DNA of 63,884 nucleotides from a bacterium. GTDB lineage: Bacteria > Verrucomicrobiota > Kiritimatiellia > SPBP01. Below are positions 58,661 through 63,884 of this stretch, piece after piece. Each line of letters begins with the position of its first letter. Position 1 is the stretch's first letter. The position numbers and the translations under genes were made by a program. The notes under the pieces are model-generated. The model was not told where the DNA came from. It saw nothing but the letters and a program-made list of their open reading frames with translations, and ran no database searches. Location of the stretch: the NCBI GenBank assembly GCA_037135275.1, contig JBAXKQ010000002.1, forward strand, positions 1-63,884. Reading direction: 5' to 3'.

Positions 58661-60018
58661 TTCGCAAAGTGAGTAGCAGGTTTGCCTTGGAAACCGGGAG
58701 CACAAACGGCAGACTGATTTCAGCGGTGTGCGTCGGCCAGAGCCGGGTAACATCGGGGCGTTTACTGTTTTGTGGAGGGCGAAAGACCGTGATATCCCGA
58801 CTGCTGGTTGGCACGTGGTTGTGTCTGCTGTTCATAGCGCCCGTCTCCCGGGCGGGGGAAGTAAACCTCGCCGCGGCGTACGAGATGGCCCTGGCGAAAA
58901 GCGAATCGCTCCAGATCAGCGCCGCGGAGTGGCGGGCAGCAGAAGCCCGCTATCGTCAGGCGCTGGGAGCGATGTGGCCCGAAGTGAACGCCAGGGGCGA
59001 CGCCAACTGGGCCGATCAAAGTGACAGCGACACCCGCCGCGCAGGTGTCGGCACAACCTGGACTGTCTTCGACGGTTTCCGCAATGCCCGCACTGCCGAC
59101 GCCCGGCAGGCGGAAGGCGCTGCCCGTGCACAAGATGTGGAATACGCACGTCTGTTGCTCTACGAAGACGTCGCGGACGTGTTCTATCAAACCCTGTCAT
59201 TTCAGGACCAGCGGGCGGCGGTGAAGGAACAGCTCAAGGCGCTGGAAAGCCGGGCAACCGAGGTGGACCGCAGGATAGGACTCGGGCGCTCGAAACGATC
59301 CGATCTGCTGACGACGTCTAATCAAATAGCGGAAGTGCGACTGACGATTGAGCAACTCAACCAGTCATGTGCAGCCGCTTTGGAACTGCTGGCGTTTGTA
59401 ACAGGACGACCGGCATCCGATCTGCAAGTTATCGACCAGACGCCTCTGCCCGCAATTGGCGAGGTGAATAGGTACCTTGCGACTGTGTCGACCCGGGCCG
59501 ATATCAAGGCCGGGGAGGGCAGAGTGGATGCCTCACGGTCGGATATGGAGGCGGCTAAGTCGGAACGCGCGCCCCTTGTGACCCTGGATGGAAACGCCTA
59601 TCCCCTGCGCGACCCGGGGGAGCAGGGCGAGTGGGACTTGACCTTGAGCCTCAAAATGCCTCTGTTCGACCGTGGCATGCGCTCGGCACACACCGCGGAA
59701 ATGAGGGAACAGCTCAGAATCAGCGAACTGCGATTGGCGGAACTGCGGCGATCCTCGGAGCGGGACGTCAGACAGGCCTACCAGTCACTGTTCTATGAAT
59801 TGAGACAATGGTCTGAACTCCAGGCGGCAATAGGAATAGCCGCTGAAACACTTGCGCTTCTGCAGAAGGACTATGAAATGGGACGCGTCAACAATCTTGA
59901 AGTTCTCACAGCATCAGTACAGTTCCGGGGGTTACGCCAGCGTGAAGCGGCCCTCGCCCATCAACTTCGCGCCGACATGATCCATCTCCATGTGGCTGCA
60001 GGAAGGACAACGCCATGA
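58657..60018 (+). CDS. Outer membrane efflux protein (TolC family), second copy
   Basis: OEP repeats (LAAAYEMALAKSESLQISAAEWRAAEARY...). A signal-like LLVGTWLCLLFIAPVSRAGE suggests a later internal start is possible. Confidence 0.75.
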   Translation: MIRKVSSRFALETGSTNGRLISAVCVGQSRVTSGRLLFCGGRKTVISRLLVGTWLCLLFIAPVSRAGEVNLAAAYEMALAKSESLQISAAEWRAAEARYRQALGAMWPEVNARGDANWADQSDSDTRRAGVGTTWTVFDGFRNARTADARQAEGAARAQDVEYARLLLYEDVADVFYQTLSFQDQRAAVKEQLKALESRATEVDRRIGLGRSKRSDLLTTSNQIAEVRLTIEQLNQSCAAALELLAFVTGRPASDLQVIDQTPLPAIGEVNRYLATVSTRADIKAGEGRVDASRSDMEAAKSERAPLVTLDGNAYPLRDPGEQGEWDLTLSLKMPLFDRGMRSAHTAEMREQLRISELRLAELRRSSERDVRQAYQSLFYELRQWSELQAAIGIAAETLALLQKDYEMGRVNNLEVLTASVQFRGLRQREAALAHQLRADMIHLHVAAGRTTP

Positions 60019-63000
60019 CATTATCCGAGTTCTCAATCCGACGTCCCGTCTTTGCCTGGATGCTCATGTTCGGCCTGATCGTGTTCGGAGCCATCAGTCT
60101 CAACCGAATGGGAATCAGCCAGATGCCCGATGTGGATTTCCCCGTTCTCGAGGTGCGAGTGTCCTGGGAGGGGGCAGCTCCCGAGATCATGGAATCTGAA
60201 CTCGTCGACAAGATAGAGCAACTCGTGATCGCGGTGGACGGGGTGAAGGAGATACGGTCCAACATCCAGCAGGGACAGGCAACGGTCACCTTGGAATTCG
60301 ATCTCAAGCGCGACATTGACGCCGCTCTCCAGGAAGTCCAGGGGGCACTGGCCGAACTCCGCCTGCCTCTGAACGTGAACCCTCCGGTCATCCAGAAGAA
60401 CACGACCGAGGGAGAACCCATACTCCGCATCGGAGTGGCTGGTACGCAATCATCGCGTGAGATGGTCGATTACATCGAAACCTTCCTGCTGGATCAGCTC
60501 CAGGTGATTCCCGGCGTCGGGGAGGTCGGTCTTTTCGGGCTCGGGCAGCGCAACCTGCGTCTCTGGGTAAACACAAAACAACTCCGGGACTACGAGTTGA
60601 CCATCCTTGATCTCGTGCAGGCTATCCAGCAGGAACATACCGAGATGGCGGCCGGGTACATCGAGAACGCGAACGAGGAGGTGAATCTCCGAAACATGGG
60701 TGAAGGCCTGACCGTTGAGCAGGTCGCCGATACTCCCATCACGCATCGTGGTGGACAGCCGATCCAGGACGTTACCATCCGTTTGAAGGACGTATGTCGC
60801 GTCGAAGATGGTCTCACCGATGTCCGTCGCATTGTCCGGACTTCCGGCGAACCAGGGGCGGTCATCGGAATAAGCAAGCAACGCGGGGCCAACGAAGTGG
60901 AGGTTGGCCGCCTGGTCAGGGCGCGGATAAATGAGCTCCAGAAGTCCCTGCCCAAGGGCATGACGCTCCAGGTCAACGCAGACTTCACCCAGCCGGTGGA
61001 ACAGGCCGTGAAGGCCACGCAGCACGAGTTGGTCGTCGCCGCAATCCTGACAGCCTTGATCTGCTTCCTGTTCCTCGGAACGTGGAGTTCAGGGTTCAAT
61101 ATCATCCTTGCCATTCCGACCTCCATTATTGGCACGTTCTCCATCCTGTATTTCGCGGGGTTCACGCTCAACACGTTTACGCTCCTCGGCCTGGCGCTGG
61201 CCATTGGTATCGTGGTTGACGACGCGATCATGGTGCTCGAGAACATCGTTCGGCATTTCGACATGGGAAAAGGCAAGGTCAAGGCTGCCGAGGTCGGGTC
61301 ACGGGAGATCATCTTTGCGGCCATAGCCACTACAGCCGCCGTCGTGGCGATTTTCCTGCCAGTCGCGTTCATGTCCGGGGTGATTGGACGGTTCTTCTTC
61401 CAATTCGGTGTGACAATGGCGGCAGCCGTGGCCCTGTCTCTGCTGGAAGCCGTCACTCTTACCCCGATGCGGCTTTCTGTCATGATGTCGCACCGCAAGA
61501 AGGAAGCGGGATGGCTTGAGCGGAACTCAGGTGCCGCGTTCGGCTGGTTGAGCCACGTCTATGCCCGGGTCCTGCCCCTGGCCTTGCGATGGCGCTGGGC
61601 GGTTCTCGCGGGGGCATTGCTCATCTTTGGTTCGTCCCTGTGGCTGGGGACCGTGCTCCGGCGGGAGTTTGTGCCGCCGCAGGACCAGTCCTATATTGGC
61701 GTCAACCTCCGGGCGCCGGTCGGATCGTCTCTTGCACTGACCGATGCGCGTGTGCGGGAAGTCGAGGCATACTTCAAGACCAGGCCGGAGATCCTGCGGT
61801 ACTTCACCATGGTTGGCAGCGGTGGCCAGGGAAATATGGGCCTCACGCTGGTGGACCGCAAGAAACGCAACAAGACCCAGGCCGAACTGACCGACGTGTT
61901 CCGCCGTGATTTACAGAGCATCAAGGGGCTGCGCATCTCCTTTCAGGATATGTCGACGCGTGGCTTGACGGCGCAGCACCGGAGCCAGCCCGTTGAGTTC
62001 AATATCCGGGGATCAGACTACGCCGTGCTGGAGTCCACGGCCCGGAACATGACGGCCCGGCTTGAGAAGACCGGCTTGGTCACAGACCTGGACAACAACT
62101 ATCGAACCGGCATGCCGGAAGCAAGAATCGTCCCGGATCGGCAGGCCGCGGCGGCGCGAGGTGTCACCATGGAGGATATCGGCCGGACTGTAAACGCAGC
62201 GATTGGGGGCATCCGCCAGGGCAAATTCACGCGGGACGGGCGCCGGTACGATGTCCGGCTGCGCCTGGCGCCGGAAGACCGCCTCAGCGCTGAAGATGTG
62301 AAGGATCTGACGGTCCGCAATTCATACGGAGAGCTCATCCCCCTGGGGTCAGTGGTGCGTCTGGAAAGCGCCAAGACCCTGCAGAACATCAGCCGCGTCA
62401 ACCGCCAGCGTTCGATTTCCGTAACAGCCAATCTGGCGACTGGCGCCTCACAGGCCAAAGCAATTGGCGAGGCGGAGAAGATTTCGCGGGAACTCCTGCC
62501 GCCAGGCTACACGTTCCACTTGCAGGGCGGCGCGCAGACGTTCACGGAATCGTCCGGCGGCCTCTGGTTCGCGTTTGTGCTGGGGATCCTGGTGGCCTAC
62601 ATGGTGCTGGCTTCGCAATTCAACAGTTTCGTCCATCCCTTCACCGTCCTGCTGGCCCTGCCCTTCAGTATCACCGGCGCGTTGATAACCCTTTGGGTTA
62701 CCAACCAGTCGCTGAACCTCTATAGCGCCATCGGGATCATCCTTCTGATGGGCATCGTGAAGAAGAACTCCATTCTACTGGTCGAGTTCATCAACCGCAA
62801 ACGCGCGGAAGGTATGCCGCTGACCGAAGCGATCATGACGGCTGCGCCGATACGGTTGAGGCCAATCCTGATGACGTCCGCCGCTACAATAGCTGCGGCG
62901 GCTCCTATTGCGCTTGGCATCGGAACCGGAGCGGAAACACGGCAACCCATGGCATTGGCCATCATCGGAGGCGTCTTTGTTTCAACCCTGTTCACCCTGA

Positions 63001-63068
63001 TCGTTGTCCCCTGTGCCTATTTCCTTATGGCCCGTCTTGAGCGAGGCAAATACAGTCCTGCGGGGTGA
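60015..63068 (+). CDS. RND multidrug efflux permease (AcrB/HAE1-type)
   Basis: 1017 aa. FSIRRPVFAWMLMFGLIVFGAISLNRMGISQMPDVDFPVLEV is typical of the AcrB family. ATGA overlap with the upstream OMF gene. Confidence 0.9.
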   Translation: MTLSEFSIRRPVFAWMLMFGLIVFGAISLNRMGISQMPDVDFPVLEVRVSWEGAAPEIMESELVDKIEQLVIAVDGVKEIRSNIQQGQATVTLEFDLKRDIDAALQEVQGALAELRLPLNVNPPVIQKNTTEGEPILRIGVAGTQSSREMVDYIETFLLDQLQVIPGVGEVGLFGLGQRNLRLWVNTKQLRDYELTILDLVQAIQQEHTEMAAGYIENANEEVNLRNMGEGLTVEQVADTPITHRGGQPIQDVTIRLKDVCRVEDGLTDVRRIVRTSGEPGAVIGISKQRGANEVEVGRLVRARINELQKSLPKGMTLQVNADFTQPVEQAVKATQHELVVAAILTALICFLFLGTWSSGFNIILAIPTSIIGTFSILYFAGFTLNTFTLLGLALAIGIVVDDAIMVLENIVRHFDMGKGKVKAAEVGSREIIFAAIATTAAVVAIFLPVAFMSGVIGRFFFQFGVTMAAAVALSLLEAVTLTPMRLSVMMSHRKKEAGWLERNSGAAFGWLSHVYARVLPLALRWRWAVLAGALLIFGSSLWLGTVLRREFVPPQDQSYIGVNLRAPVGSSLALTDARVREVEAYFKTRPEILRYFTMVGSGGQGNMGLTLVDRKKRNKTQAELTDVFRRDLQSIKGLRISFQDMSTRGLTAQHRSQPVEFNIRGSDYAVLESTARNMTARLEKTGLVTDLDNNYRTGMPEARIVPDRQAAAARGVTMEDIGRTVNAAIGGIRQGKFTRDGRRYDVRLRLAPEDRLSAEDVKDLTVRNSYGELIPLGSVVRLESAKTLQNISRVNRQRSISVTANLATGASQAKAIGEAEKISRELLPPGYTFHLQGGAQTFTESSGGLWFAFVLGILVAYMVLASQFNSFVHPFTVLLALPFSITGALITLWVTNQSLNLYSAIGIILLMGIVKKNSILLVEFINRKRAEGMPLTEAIMTAAPIRLRPILMTSAATIAAAAPIALGIGTGAETRQPMALAIIGGVFVSTLFTLIVVPCAYFLMARLERGKYSPAG

Positions 63069-63206
63069 AGGATGGCGATTGGCCGGTTCCAGAGGACAAC
63101 CCCGGAGAAGTCCGCGGGTGTTGCGGGGCAGGCCATGTGGCAGCCACCCGTCTCCAATCCCTGCGCTTCTTCATTTTCCCATTCGCGCCGGGTGGGACAG
63201 GGCGCG

Positions 63207-63839
63207 CTATGCAGTCCGGGTCGGGTCAAGCGGAAGGGACAGGACGAACCTGGTGGCATGTTCGTCGCTCTGCTCAATGATCACATCACCGCCGTGGGCA
63301 CGTGCAATTTCCCTGGCCAGGCTGAGTCCCAGCCCGGAGCCCTCGATCACGCGGCCGCGTGACTTGTCCCCGCGATAGAACCTGTCGAACACCTTGCACT
63401 GGTCCTCCCGCGGGATCGGACGCCCGGTGTTTGAGACAGAGAAAAGAGCTTGCCCGCCCCGGGTGCGCAGTGCCAGTTCTATCGTCCCATTGTCGTCGCT
63501 GAACTTGACGGCATTCGAGACCAAGTTCTGGAATACCTGGTTCAACAAGTCGGCATCCCCGGAGATCGGGAGATCCGCGGGCGCCGTGGAGGTGACGAAA
63601 CGCCCGGGGGTCAGCCAAATGACTCCGGCTTCTTCCCGGAGATCCCGCAGTACCCCGGCAATGTTGTACTTGCCAGGCCGACCGAGCGTTCGGTCACCGC
63701 CAACGTCATGCTGAACCGGGCGGCAAAGGCGAGACTCATCTACGGAGCCGAAGGCAAGCCGGAGCGGGAGACGGCCGTGTTCGAGTTCGCCGCCAGCACC
63801 GTCATGTCTGTAACACGTTGGCCAGCCACGTGTTGTAGA
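63207..63839 (-). pseudogene. Sensor histidine kinase remnant (HATPase_c domain intact, upstream part disrupted)
   Basis: GDADLLNQVFQNLVSNAVKFS, DRFYRGD and GSGLGLSLAREIARAHGG. The frame stays open upstream of the listed Met but hits TGA at 63840-63842. An adjacent frame carries the plausible continuation QRVTDMTVLAA, which implies a frameshift. No H-box is visible. Confidence 0.5.
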
Positions 63840-63884
63840 TCATCTGAAAGCTATAAACTTGGGCATGCTTCCTGCATCTAACTA

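Noticed and set aside
63450-63881. 143-aa plus-strand ORF at the window end
   Set aside because: It is antisense to the histidine-kinase remnant, whose HATPase_c motifs are unambiguous.

Overview
Visibly GC-rich bacterial chromosomal window (composition not computed). The gene content (LamG giant protein, pseudopilin cluster, PilM-PilN fusion) is reminiscent of the PVC group, but this is unverified. (1) 1-5.3 kb: a glycosyltransferase cassette (GT17-methyltransferase fusion, GT2, GT4) bracketed by what look like two halves of one gene in inverted orientation. (2) 5.9-31.9 kb: 17 co-directional, tightly packed genes, which are the candidate novel system. They encode a 3,440-aa LamG/Ig-like/coiled-coil surface protein, an orphan bitopic protein with an internal duplication, and a divergent F-type ATPase gene set (alpha1-alpha2-epsilon-c-b/delta-gamma-beta, no a subunit). 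Only 10 nt after the beta gene comes a type II secretion / type IV pilus-like module (GspE, GspF, four pseudopilins, PilM-PilN fusion, PilO-like; no secretin in the window). (3) 32-46 kb: housekeeping and signalling genes (recO, ybeY, holA, tRNA-Thr, agmatinase, subtilase, CDP-alcohol phosphatidyltransferase, TPR protein, DUF2167-like operon, Ser/Thr kinase, tex). (4) 46.5-51.2 kb: GT9/GT2 envelope glycosylation genes and two lipoproteins. (5) tRNA-Leu, then an efflux region with a CzcCBA-type heavy-metal RND system (Cys-rich leader ORF, PII-like gene), a second OMF+RND pair without adaptor, and a degraded histidine kinase at the window edge. No rRNA, CRISPR array, transposase or integrase was recognised.
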